DNA of 63,997 bases, filler included, from Stramenopiles sp. TOSAG23-3 (taxonomy: Eukaryota), in assembly GCA_900128585.1 (NCBI GenBank). It is 13 parts of 13 records of this genome, joined end to end, with 100 filler letters (N's around TTAATTAATTAA, not from the genome) between each part and the next. Parts side by side here need not be neighbours in the genome. Positions count along the whole stretch, not along the records: positions 44,439 to 49,265 come from LT643692.1; positions 49,366 to 54,187 come from LT643693.1; positions 54,288 to 59,101 come from LT643694.1; 10 more parts are not named here. One strand, written 5' to 3'. This document shows, one piece after another, positions 47,365-57,904 of the stretch (its first letter is position 1; every line of letters begins with the position of its first letter). The position numbers and the translations under genes were made by a program. A model generated the notes under the pieces. It searched no databases. It had not been told where the DNA came from and saw nothing but the letters and a program-made list of their open reading frames with translations.

Positions 47365-48864
47365 TTAGATTCCGCCCAAGAGAGTGTATTTAATTTCCAT
47401 GTAATCGTCCATTCCATATTTGCTTCCTTCGCGACCGCACCCAGATTCCTTTATCCCCCCGAATGGCGCCACTTCGGTTGACAGGACGCCTTCATTCACG
47501 GCAACCATCCCATACTCAAGCGCCTCCGAAACACGAAAAGATCGGCTGAGGTCTTTCGTGTAAAAATATGCAGCCAAGCCCGCTTTGGTGTTATTTGCCA
47601 TTGATATCACCTCGTCTTCACTGTTGAAACGAATTACTGATGCGACGGGCCCAAAGGTCTCCTCTATTGAACATGCCATGTCTGGAGTAACCCCTGTAAG
47701 CACAGTTGGGGCAAAAAAATTATCCCCCAGAATTTCAATTGGTTCACCACCAAGGACGACCTCCGCACCGTTCTCTACCGCATTATCGATGTGTGCCTTT
47801 ACCTTCTCTACACCTTTTGCATTGATCAAAGGGCCCATGGTTACCCCAGGCAGAGTGCCATCTCCAACAGTAAGGGAAACTTCCGCCTCCTTCGAAAGTT
47901 TTTCAACAAAGTCGTCATGAACGCTGTCGTGAACATAAATTCGGTTTGCACAAACGCATGTTTGCCCAGCATTCCGAAACTTGCACACTACCAACCCTTC
48001 GATCGCTTTTTCAATGTCAGCGTCTTCGAACACAATAAACGGCGCGTTGCCACCAGCTTCCATGGAAACTCTTTTCATCGTACCACTGGACTTTTCTATG
48101 AGACGTTTTGCAACTTCGGTGGATCCTGTAAACGAAAGTTTACGAATCTCTGGGTGAGTTGCCAATGCGTCGCCAAGGGTAGAAGCGTCTTCACGTGAAC
48201 CCACCAGAACATTAAACAATCCACCCGGCACTCCTGCACGGGTGCCCAGCTCTGCCAGGGCAAGGGCCGTCAAGGGGGTGTCTTCGCTGGGTTTGCATAC
48301 AACGCTACAACCAGCCGCCAAAGCAGGACCCACTTTTCGTGTAATCATCGCTGATGGAAAGTTCCATGGTGTAATTATTGCTGCAACCCCAACGGGCTGT
48401 TTCGTGACCAATATTCGTTGTCCAGGCTTGGTCTGCGGAATCGTGTCCCCATATACACGCTTGCCCTCTTCTGCAAACCACTTAAAAAACGACGCAGCAT
48501 ACATAACCTCGCCCATCGCCTCAGACAGCGGTTTACCGCACTCTGTAGTCATAATATAAGCCAAATCTTCTTGGTGTTCTAACATCAAATCGTGCCATTT
48601 TTGTAACACCGCAGAACGTTCCGAGGCAAGAAGACTTGCCCAGTGCTTCCCCGCAATTTTTGCGTGACGGACTGCGCTGTTTACGTCACTGGTGGTACTC
48701 CTGCCTATACTTTCAATCGTGGCGTTGTTTGCCGGGTTGCACACGTCAAACAATTTTCTTCCTTTATTTGCAACCCATTCCCCCCCAACAAAAGCTGTAT
48801 TGCGCAGCAAGGTTGGGTCCTTCAGCTTGTCCTTAACCAGGTGCAAGGTGTGGGTGGCAGACAT
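47365..48864 (-). CDS. ALDH5A1: Succinate-semialdehyde dehydrogenase (NAD(P)+), ALDH5/GabD family
   Basis: FFKWFAEEGKRVYGD, ITPWNFPSAMITRK, SFTGST, MEAGGNAPFIVF, KFRNAGQTCVCANR, EETFGP, PFGGIKESGCGREGSKYG. Confidence 0.93.
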   Translation of the reverse strand: MSATHTLHLVKDKLKDPTLLRNTAFVGGEWVANKGRKLFDVCNPANNATIESIGRSTTSDVNSAVRHAKIAGKHWASLLASERSAVLQKWHDLMLEHQEDLAYIMTTECGKPLSEAMGEVMYAASFFKWFAEEGKRVYGDTIPQTKPGQRILVTKQPVGVAAIITPWNFPSAMITRKVGPALAAGCSVVCKPSEDTPLTALALAELGTRAGVPGGLFNVLVGSREDASTLGDALATHPEIRKLSFTGSTEVAKRLIEKSSGTMKRVSMEAGGNAPFIVFEDADIEKAIEGLVVCKFRNAGQTCVCANRIYVHDSVHDDFVEKLSKEAEVSLTVGDGTLPGVTMGPLINAKGVEKVKAHIDNAVENGAEVVLGGEPIEILGDNFFAPTVLTGVTPDMACSIEETFGPVASVIRFNSEDEVISMANNTKAGLAAYFYTKDLSRSFRVSEALEYGMVAVNEGVLSTEVAPFGGIKESGCGREGSKYGMDDYMEIKYTLLGGI

Positions 48865-50846
48865 GTTTGTTTAGAAATTCCGCACAGAATTATTTCCCCT
48901 GCTAGACTTCAGTAATGACGGTTAGACTGGTTGCCGTATACACCCCCGCCTTGATTTCTGCCGCAAAAATATTCCTGGGCTCAAAAAAAAAGAAGAACCT
49001 TACAGTTATGAATAAATGAAACGGTATACCATCATTATTCAATTCAAATTATCACTTTAATCAATAATTCACACAACAACACACTACACTTCCCCCCCCC
49101 TTCTTTTTCCGCCGAGAAGTACGAAAGAGAAGTAAAAAAAAATAAGGAGAAGAAGAAGAAGAAGAAGAAGAAGAAGAAGAAGACGACGAACCAATCATCT
49201 GATGATGAGGAGGAGGAGGATGGAGGAGATTATTGTTTTTTTGTGTTGCTCCTCGTCTCTCTCTCNNNNNNNNNNNNNNNNNNNNNNNNNNNNNNNNNNN
49301 NNNNNNNNNTTAATTAATTAANNNNNNNNNNNNNNNNNNNNNNNNNNNNNNNNNNNNNNNNNNNNAACCTTAACTACTGAAAAAAAGAAGGAGGACGAAG
49401 AAAAAAGAATTTTTTGAAAGAGAGGGAAATATTTAATTTTTTTTTCTGTTGTTAGTGGTTGGTTGATATTCGAACAAACACCTCGGCTTTATTTATTTTT
49501 AAGACTATGTTATTATATAGGATAAGGATAAAATAATAAACGATAAAATTAATAATCCTCTTTCTCTGTATACGAAGTCAAAACAATATATAATTAAATA
49601 TTATTGATATTAAATCCTTTAAAAAGTAAAATTAGAATATGTCAACATATGCTCTACGGATACTGAAAAACGTAATTTATTAAACATGTGAAAAGTACAA
49701 TGCAGTCAGATGCCACAAAATGTTGATGATACATTATTTTTTATAATCATAATAAAGATTAAAACTAAAGTAAAAAAATGGAAGTCAGCAAAAGAGGGAG
49801 TTTGATTGTGTTTGGTATACTGAAAGTAAATTAAGTTATTTAGTTTACTATTGTCTCTTAGTTGTTTTAAAATATTAAGGACATAATGTAATAAAAGCAC
49901 CGTAAATATGGGCATTCGAATCTCTCAAAAGCCAGCTGGCTCAATTTAACCGTAAGGTAATATTATACATTAATTGACGTATTATTTATCGTTTTCGTTT
50001 CGGGAAGTACTTATTTATATATATATACCATAGTATAATATAAAACAAAAGTGAATAAATAGTTTAATCCCTAAATTTATATTCCTTACTTTTTATTTGG
50101 AAAGGTCCGTCGTTTCTGGTGTCACCCTCACATATGCAAATTAATACATCAACACAGTAGGGAGGAAAATCAGATTTTAAATGGCTGTTGTCTCCCTATT
50201 TAAAAATGTATACTAAGAGAAAACTAAGAAGAGCTGAGGAGCCACGTAATGTATTTTGTCTATGCTATTGTTTGTTAATGTTAAAGTTGTTGGTTGGTTT
50301 TTGATTGACCTAAAACGAGAAAAAGCACAAGAACACAACAACAAATAAAAAAAGAATTAATGGAGAAGAAGAAGACAAAAAAACACCATCATCCACCAAC
50401 AGCCAACAGCACAACAGCAGCAAACAACAAACAAACAACAACAACAAAACACACACCGGAAGGAGAGAAAAAAAGTAAGTAATTAAGTAAGAACAAGTAA
50501 GAAAGTAAAAACGAACGAACGAAAAGAACGAACGCAAATGTGTGTCTAAGTACGATTTTCCTAGCAATCTTTGCTCAATGTTACATTATTTTAAAGAACG
50601 AAAGCTGTGTGGAAACTTAAACCCCGACGAAAACCTTTGTTAGTTTTTGGAACGTTTTGCGCGTGTGTGTTATCTTTCCTTCACTCCTGCACCACTGTCA
50701 GCCAACAGCAGCTGATTGCTCGTGACACGTTTTTTTAGTAGATCCGTTGCGAACCCCCGGAAGACTTCCCCCACCCCTCTCACACATTTCGACCGCTCCA
50801 GACAACGACAAACGGAAGTAGCAGGCGCAATTGGACGAGGAAGAAC

Positions 50847-51728
50847 ATGGAAGGCCTAGCCCTCTTTGCCGCTGCCGTTCGGAACTCCATGGAGAACACG
50901 AAGCAAGGCAAGAAGCCCGTAGCCCTGAAGGGCAAAGAGCACCGAGAAATTAATTCCCAAATTAAGAACCTTGCAAAAATAAAAGAACCGAAGCACAAGC
51001 GCAAAGCAGGTTCATCAAAGGGCAAACGTGGGCCCGGGAAGAAGAGGAAGCAAGCTGCTAAGACTTCGCCAGTACCCAAAAAGCAGAAAAAAACCAAGAA
51101 GCAGGCTGGTAGTCCGCAGAAGAAAGCCAAGGTGGAAGTGTCTGGGCACGAGAAAAGTGGTCTCACCGTGCCGAGAAAGTGGAGGATCTGGGAAGATGAA
51201 TCTCTGCGGATGGCCGTCACCCTGTGCGGGGGCAAACATTGGAAGCGTATCGCGGAGCTGGTCCCTGGGCGAAATCACGTGCAGTGCCTCCAACGGTGGA
51301 AGAAAGTGCTGAAACCAGGCCTCGTGAAAGGCACGTGGAGCGCCGATGAAGACCGAAAGCTGGTTGCTTTGTACGAGGCAGAAAAGAAAAGTCAGTTCGA
51401 ACGCCTATCGAAGTCTGCCTTCTCCGGCTCGGGGCACAATTTACCAATTAACAAGAAAGTTGGCCCGGTGCAGTGGGTCAGCAACTGGGGCGATATTGCG
51501 TCAAAAGTAGCAGGCAGAACTGCGAAACAGTGCCGGGAGCGCTGGTGCAATCACCTCGACCCAGCGATTAAACGCGGCAATTGGACGGCATCAGAAGACC
51601 TTACTATATTGTCAATGCAAGCGAAACTAGGAAACAAGTGGGCAAAAATTTCTAGTGCAATGGAAGGCAGGACAGAAAACGCTGTCAAAATTCGGTGGAA
51701 GTCCTTAACGCGAGATGTGAGAAGGTAA
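50847..51728 (+). CDS. Three-repeat (R1R2R3) MYB transcription factor
   Basis: WKRIAELVPGRNHVQCLQRWKKVLKPGLVKGTWS, GRTAKQCRERWCNHLDPAIKRGNWT, LGNKWAKIS..MEGRTENAVKIRW; basic N-terminus. Confidence 0.93.
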   Translation: MEGLALFAAAVRNSMENTKQGKKPVALKGKEHREINSQIKNLAKIKEPKHKRKAGSSKGKRGPGKKRKQAAKTSPVPKKQKKTKKQAGSPQKKAKVEVSGHEKSGLTVPRKWRIWEDESLRMAVTLCGGKHWKRIAELVPGRNHVQCLQRWKKVLKPGLVKGTWSADEDRKLVALYEAEKKSQFERLSKSAFSGSGHNLPINKKVGPVQWVSNWGDIASKVAGRTAKQCRERWCNHLDPAIKRGNWTASEDLTILSMQAKLGNKWAKISSAMEGRTENAVKIRWKSLTRDVRR

Positions 51729-52196
51729 TCGCTGCCGGTATTGGGCGGACCCATGCACTTGCTCGGCGGCGGCAAGGGGGAGAGGAGACGGTGGGGGGTC
51801 CTGCGCGCGCGCGCAGTGCACAAAAATAGTTTAGCAGGCAGTAGAAGCTTCTTTTTCGAGCTCGTATATAGAGAAAAACACTAATTATATAGTATGTTTT
51901 AAGACTCTCAAGATTATCTCAATTGTAAGGTCAATTCGTGACTATGACTAAAAGACCATCATTCCTATGATATGTTACCATACGATCGTATATAGAGTAT
52001 AAATTTTCCTTTAATAAAAAAAAAGTGTGTGTACTTAAGTACAACAACAACAAATTCCCTGCTTTATAAGCAGAGTATTATTAGTTCTTAAAAGATTATA
52101 AAAAAACAAATTATGTATTTAGAAGTATCGCATGAGTACGTTACGAACAAAATAGCATTGCGCACACCCCTCTACCCCTTACTATACCGACACGGG

Positions 52197-54125
52197 TCAG
52201 TCAACTTTGTACAAGTGTAGGTTTTGTGACAAGTACCGTTCTCCATCAGAGTACAGCCATGAGACCGCTGCTTCAACATCAATGTTCCCTTCTCGCGACT
52301 GATAATTGCGAAGCGCGTGCTTGATGAGACCCACGGGCAAGTAACCCAACCCAAGTGAACAAACCTGGTCTACAGCACTGCTGACCATGGTTTCGTGGAA
52401 AGACTGGTCCGCAAACGCCGGCACTGGGCTGCCAGCGGTGCGTGCCACACTCTTATTGGGCGCGACGACGGCGGAAACAGAATTGTTTTTGCTCTTGCCA
52501 CTTTGCTTCTTGTGCTGGTCGTTTACGCTTGCTTTCAGGGCGTCAGCGACCATCTGAGACTCCAACCTCTCCTGCTCTTCCCTGAACTTTGCTGCCGAAG
52601 CCGTCTGAACTTGAGCCAGCAGCTCGTCTTCCACGTGTTCGCGCTCGCTGTCTTTCAAAACGCTTTTCATTATCAGACCATCCATTCCAGACCCTGCCAA
52701 ACTGTCCACGGTCGCCCCGAACGCCCTCAGCGCTTCTTCGCGAGACGCTTGAATGGCCGCGTTCAGCTGCCCTGGGCCTCGTGTTCGCGCCAATGCTATT
52801 GATTTGTCTTCCACGTATCCCGGGGACTCGCGGCTCAAACTGTCGTGCCAGCCTTCCCCTGTAATCGAGTCGTAATGGCCACCCTTGAAAAAACTTAACC
52901 GTATCGGTGGACGCGCGTTCGAGGTAGAAGCGTTTGCATCGAAGCCGCAGCCGAAGCAGCAGTGGTCTTGGAGGTGGGCTCCCCCGTGCGCACTATCGTA
53001 CGTCCAAATCTCGATTTGGCGGCCGTAGATCTCCGCCAATGCCCCAATTTCTGGGTAATCTCCCCAGGCCAATTCCCCCGCTTCCCGGGCATCCCGTGAC
53101 ATCGTCAGAAGGTAGGCCTCAAAGCTTCCTCCACTGCCCCTCAATGCCTGGCATGACGGGCCAAAATGATCTTCGTTGTAGGACATATACTTCACGCACT
53201 TTGCCCGGACCAGCAAATGGTAGTTTTCGGTCCCATACACCTGGTGGCTGATGCTGCGAAATAAGCAATTGCCGTCCCCATGACAGCTGAATATGTCTAG
53301 TTGATGATTCTGCCGCAATGCATCCCGGTAAGCTTCGAAGTGAGACTGGTGGGTCTTCAAGGTCGATTCCCTCGTTTCAGGCGTATTTTCCGAAGAATCG
53401 ATCATCATGTCATCGCCCAGGGACGACGCGGACTGTTTTCTTTGTCCTCGCCGATCTCGCTTTTCGCCCCCTAACCTGGAGGACATGCTATTTTCTGAAA
53501 CTTTGCCCCCAAACCGCAACCCTTCGCTGTACCCTTCGCCCACGTCGCTCTTGCTCCCAGCACCGGAGCCCGGGACGGCGCTTTTCTGCACGATGTACAA
53601 GCTGACCCGGTCCGCGTCGGCTTGAGACGCAACCACAGAGTACTTCCCACGGGACAGTACCTGTTCGCACAGTCGCTCGTCCGTGTGCTGAACGCCGGCG
53701 TATACTAAACGCTGTCGTTCGGGGGTCATGCCAATCATTCCGGAAAGCCGCTGCTTCAGCTGTCTAACCGTCTCTTTGGGGTGCACGCAAAAGTCGTAGT
53801 CAAACGTGCGACCAGATGCACCAAAGTTCGACCCCGCGCTACCAGCACTGCTGGAGCTTATTTTTTGCCCACTAGATGAACTGAGACCGCTAGGAAACGT
53901 TTTGATGACTTTAATATACACAGGTATAGGATTCCCAAGGTTTCTTGAATCAATGTATGACGATCCTGAGCGCAAAGACGATGCCGGGGAGGAGTCGTTC
54001 TGCTGGGCACTGCCTTCACCGCCCCCGCCATCATATTTTGAAGCAAAGTCAGTAGTTTGACGACCCCGACTCCTACGCGCCGTTACCTGGTCATCGCCGT
54101 CGTCGCTATTGTTGTTGCTCGACAT
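52197..54125 (-). CDS. OTU deubiquitinase (OTUD5-like) with ubiquitin-like domain, UIM-like segments and C-terminal UBA-like domain
   Basis: TVRQLKQRL...PERQRLVYAG (Ubl); GDGNCLFRSISHQVYG, WGDYPEI, LSFFKGGHYDSI (OTU); SLGLG...IKHALR...DVEAAVSWL (UBA). Confidence 0.88.
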   Translation of the reverse strand: MSSNNNSDDGDDQVTARRSRGRQTTDFASKYDGGGGEGSAQQNDSSPASSLRSGSSYIDSRNLGNPIPVYIKVIKTFPSGLSSSSGQKISSSSAGSAGSNFGASGRTFDYDFCVHPKETVRQLKQRLSGMIGMTPERQRLVYAGVQHTDERLCEQVLSRGKYSVVASQADADRVSLYIVQKSAVPGSGAGSKSDVGEGYSEGLRFGGKVSENSMSSRLGGEKRDRRGQRKQSASSLGDDMMIDSSENTPETRESTLKTHQSHFEAYRDALRQNHQLDIFSCHGDGNCLFRSISHQVYGTENYHLLVRAKCVKYMSYNEDHFGPSCQALRGSGGSFEAYLLTMSRDAREAGELAWGDYPEIGALAEIYGRQIEIWTYDSAHGGAHLQDHCCFGCGFDANASTSNARPPIRLSFFKGGHYDSITGEGWHDSLSRESPGYVEDKSIALARTRGPGQLNAAIQASREEALRAFGATVDSLAGSGMDGLIMKSVLKDSEREHVEDELLAQVQTASAAKFREEQERLESQMVADALKASVNDQHKKQSGKSKNNSVSAVVAPNKSVARTAGSPVPAFADQSFHETMVSSAVDQVCSLGLGYLPVGLIKHALRNYQSREGNIDVEAAVSWLYSDGERYLSQNLHLYKVD

Positions 54126-55208
54126 TTCCTTCCGTTCATATCAATCAACCAGTTGTCCTGTTTATCGTAAACTAAATACAAATTAATNNNNNNNNNNNNN
54201 NNNNNNNNNNNNNNNNNNNNNNNNNNNNNNNTTAATTAATTAANNNNNNNNNNNNNNNNNNNNNNNNNNNNNNNNNNNNNNNNNNNNAAAAAGGATAATA
54301 TTTTCATCGTGTTGTTTTTTATTGAGAATGCGAATAGTATGGGAATAGCATTGAACACTAATAGAAAACTTTTACATATCTATTTTATTGACAAAGGAAT
54401 GTCAGTATTTATATTTATTGAGATATATATATAGATATGAAAATTTTAAATGTAGATTTATACACACAGACTTTATGAAAGAACTTTTAAAGTTATAAAA
54501 TCGCAGTCAAAATAATTAGCTTATTCATATGCTAAGTAACATAGCATATGATTAAAATAATGTTGTTTACAATGTTTAGAGTAGAGGCTCATGGGAGTGG
54601 CCGAAGGAGCCACGGAAGAAAAAAATGGCAGTTGAGACAAACTGTGGACACAATCAACAGCTAACGACACGAAGGAGTACGAAGGGAGGAAAGGGCGACA
54701 CCGGAGCAACGATGCCCAAGGTGGATAACAATCGAAGAAATACAAGGTGCAAAGATGAAATAAAAAAGTTTGGAAATAAACTACATTAAGAGACAGAAGA
54801 AACTTCGATAGACGTAAGAGAACGTCGCCCTGCTCAGCCAAGGATGGAATACAAAGGAATGCATTTCCAAGGTAGAAAAGTGTTGGCGGAGTACGAAAAA
54901 GAGAAGAGGAGTGTATTTTCTTCTATCGTTCTTGGAAAGAAAAACGACCGTTTTCTATTTTGTATCAATTGATAGATTGATCGATGTTCATGCATTTCTT
55001 CAGAATACCGATTAAGGGGTTGAACATTTAGGGAGGATTTAGTTTTGGGTTTGCAAGAATAGAGAGGGGGGAAGAAAATAAACACACACACAGAGAGAGA
55101 GAGGTAAATACATAGCTCTGCATCTTTTTAGATTGAGGTTTGCTGAGCCGCTGCGCGAGTGTTCTTTTTGTTATATTATACCATTTTGTAAAGCGCGATT
55201 TCTGTTTC

Positions 55209-55547
55209 ATGTCACGTAGAATTCTCAAGCAGCAGCTGAGGTCCTTGTTAAGTGATGGGAAAGGTAATAAACAAAAGGGCAAGGGTGCGTCTGGAGAAAA
55301 GGGGGAGGGGAACAAATCAAAAGGAAAGAAAGGCAAAGGTACCCGTAAGCGAAAGCTACGGACAGGCAGAAAAGTTGTTGCACTAGAGGCGAAACTGCAG
55401 ACGAAAGCTTTGATGGGCGAGCTGCGTTCAGAAAAACGCAAGAAGAAAGAGCAGGCACGAAAGAATATTGAAGTCTTGAAAACACTTGGAACAAATACTC
55501 ACATGGACACAGCTCTTCAGGCGTTGAAGAGAAGACGACGACGATAG
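55209..55547 (+). CDS. Small basic protein, weakly AROS/RPS19BP1-like
   Basis: MSRRILKQQLRSLL, Lys-rich middle, QARKNIEVL; coding-like composition. The family call is tentative. Confidence 0.5.
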   Translation: MSRRILKQQLRSLLSDGKGNKQKGKGASGEKGEGNKSKGKKGKGTRKRKLRTGRKVVALEAKLQTKALMGELRSEKRKKKEQARKNIEVLKTLGTNTHMDTALQALKRRRRR

Positions 55548-55661
55548 GTGTTGGTTGCGGAACAACTAATACAAAGATCTTTCTAAAATATCACTTCTAC
55601 ACCAATTTTGTTTCATGGGCAACAGACGAGAAACCCATTTTTAGCTTTACAACGTTTAAAA

Positions 55662-55686
55662 ACAAGAAAATTGGCTGTTATTTAAA
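55662..55686 (-). mobile_element. 25-bp family A mini-copy flanked by a perfect 13-bp duplication
   Basis: ACAACGTTTAAAA (55649-55661) - ACAAGAAAATTGGCTGTTATTTAAA - ACAACGTTTAAAA (55687-55699). Confidence 0.85.
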
Positions 55687-55787
55687 ACAACGTTTAAAAG
55701 TATTAAAAATTAAAATGTGCTTTTTATGAATAAGAAATGGTGTAAGATAATTTAAGTTAAACCCGCTGCACTTCCCCCACCGTGGGT

Positions 55788-57071
55788 TCATAATCTTGCA
55801 TGTTTTGGAGGCAGCACTGAGATGACCACCTTCTCCACGTCCTCGTAGCTCATGTATTTTGGCACTGGGTACCCCATATCCCCGATGTTCAGGACGCTCC
55901 CTTCGCCGTGGGACTCTACCATCGCCCTTTCTACAACCCGGCGAACGTCCTCTGGCTTCATTTTATTTACATACTCAGGAATTTTCATTTTAGCGTTCAT
56001 ATCCCGCACCAATTTAATATAGGATTTCGCGGCATTCAACTTCTCCCCATCGTCAATGAGCACTTCATACCTCGATACCGCACCAATGGCAATGGCGAGC
56101 TCTACAAATTGGTCCACGCAATCCGCGACGTAGAAATCCAGAACGTACGGCATCAGCATAGCGTTTGCTACCCCGTGAGGAACGTGAAAATACGCACCAA
56201 GGGTGTGTGCTATCGCGTGCACGTAGCCGACGGCGGCATTGGTGAAGGCGAGCCCGGCTTCAAAAGAGGCAATCAGCATCTGCTCGCGCGCAAACAAGTT
56301 TTTCGGTTCATGGTAGCACGTTAATAAATGTTTGCCGATGCGCTCCACGGCGCGCAGCGACTTCAACCTCGTATCCTTGTTTGCCCAGGTTGACAAGAAA
56401 CTCTCCGTGGCATGGGTAAGGGCGTCCATTCCAGTCGCAGCCGTGATATGAGGAGGCAGCGACACTGTCACTTCCGGGTCCAAGACGGCAATTTTAGGAA
56501 TCATAACGGCATCTGTTAGGACCAATTTAATCGCTCTGTCTTCCATGAACACTACCGCCGCTACGGTCGTCTCCGATCCGGTACCAGACGTCGTCGGCAC
56601 AGCAATTAGCGTTGGGTACTTTGCCGCCAGGGCTTTGCTAAAGCCTGCAACTTTGTAATTTCCTTTGTACTTTATGATCGGCTTCGGGTTGCATACCTTT
56701 GCACCAATGACCTTCGCACAGTCCATCGAAGAACCACCTCCGACAGCAATTATCCCATCGCAACCATTCTTGCGGTACAACTCATACCCATCCTCGACTA
56801 ACCGCTCTGGACAGTTCGGGAGCACTTTCGCAAAAACAGTATACCTTACACCAGCCGCGTCAAGGCTCTGTTCAACTGCACCGACGAGACCAATCTTTTC
56901 CAGCACTTCATCCGAGACGATAAGGACATTACGACACCCTGAATCTTTCGCAATACTTCCCATATTCTTTAGCTGCCCGATCCCAGAAACCATTTTTGGA
57001 ACGGGAAGGGCAGGCTTCAGTTTTGAAACCAGCCACGTCTTGAAAGCATTGGACCTTCCAGCTTCTGTCAT
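55788..57071 (-). CDS. Iron-containing alcohol dehydrogenase
   Basis: IIAVGGGSSMDCAK, VPTTSGTGSETT, TGMDALTHATE, GYVHAIAHTLG...HVPHGVANA. The likely ATG is at 57071. Confidence 0.93.
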   Translation of the reverse strand: MTEAGRSNAFKTWLVSKLKPALPVPKMVSGIGQLKNMGSIAKDSGCRNVLIVSDEVLEKIGLVGAVEQSLDAAGVRYTVFAKVLPNCPERLVEDGYELYRKNGCDGIIAVGGGSSMDCAKVIGAKVCNPKPIIKYKGNYKVAGFSKALAAKYPTLIAVPTTSGTGSETTVAAVVFMEDRAIKLVLTDAVMIPKIAVLDPEVTVSLPPHITAATGMDALTHATESFLSTWANKDTRLKSLRAVERIGKHLLTCYHEPKNLFAREQMLIASFEAGLAFTNAAVGYVHAIAHTLGAYFHVPHGVANAMLMPYVLDFYVADCVDQFVELAIAIGAVSRYEVLIDDGEKLNAAKSYIKLVRDMNAKMKIPEYVNKMKPEDVRRVVERAMVESHGEGSVLNIGDMGYPVPKYMSYEDVEKVVISVLPPKHARL

Positions 57072-57904
57072 TTCCAAATTAATTATATATACGTATAGGT
57101 GTATATTTATAAAGCTGTTGCCGTGCAAGTAAAACTTTTAATTTTTAATGGCGTTTTATAAGAACTTTTCTCCTCCTACTTCTACTTTTTATTCAAAAAC
57201 AAACTCTCCATTTAATACTTTAATAACTGGGAAATGGAAAAATGCAACTTACTTGATGAATAATAGAGTTTTGTGGTTACATAATAATACAAAAAAAAAG
57301 AAAGAAGAAGAAGGAAGTTTTTGTGTGTTGTTGTTGTGATGATAGAAAATAGAAAAAACAAAACAACAAAAAAGATATTTGTTATAATATTTTTTTTTGT
57401 GGTGGTGTTGTCCTGTTATTTATTTTTTGAAGATGATGTATTTAGAAGAAAGAAGAATTTATTTTTCTTCTTCTCTCCTTCCTCCTTCCGTGATAATATT
57501 GGTACAGGTACTTATTTATCATTGCCTCCGTTGTTGTTCTTCTTATTAATATTAAAAAAATGAGATTTTTTTCTTCTTCTTTTTTTGATGATGATGCTGT
57601 GTTCATTCATATATATCTCGATATAAAAAACGACGACGGCGGCTTTTTTAGAAGAAGAAAAGAAAGAAAAGAATAGAACGATTACTTTTAAAATCTCCTC
57701 CCCACTACTACACATTTTTTCCCCCATTTTTTCATTTTGTTTTTTACTATCGAGCTGTGACGAGCGTGCGCTTGAAGGCCAGCGTTTTAAACCCAAATAT
57801 TTTTTTCTCTTCACCAGATATAGATAGGTAAACTAACACCGAGTCGAATCAAAGACCAAAGGGATTTTCAGATACAGTTATATGTTTTGTTTAATCCAAT
57901 CCAC

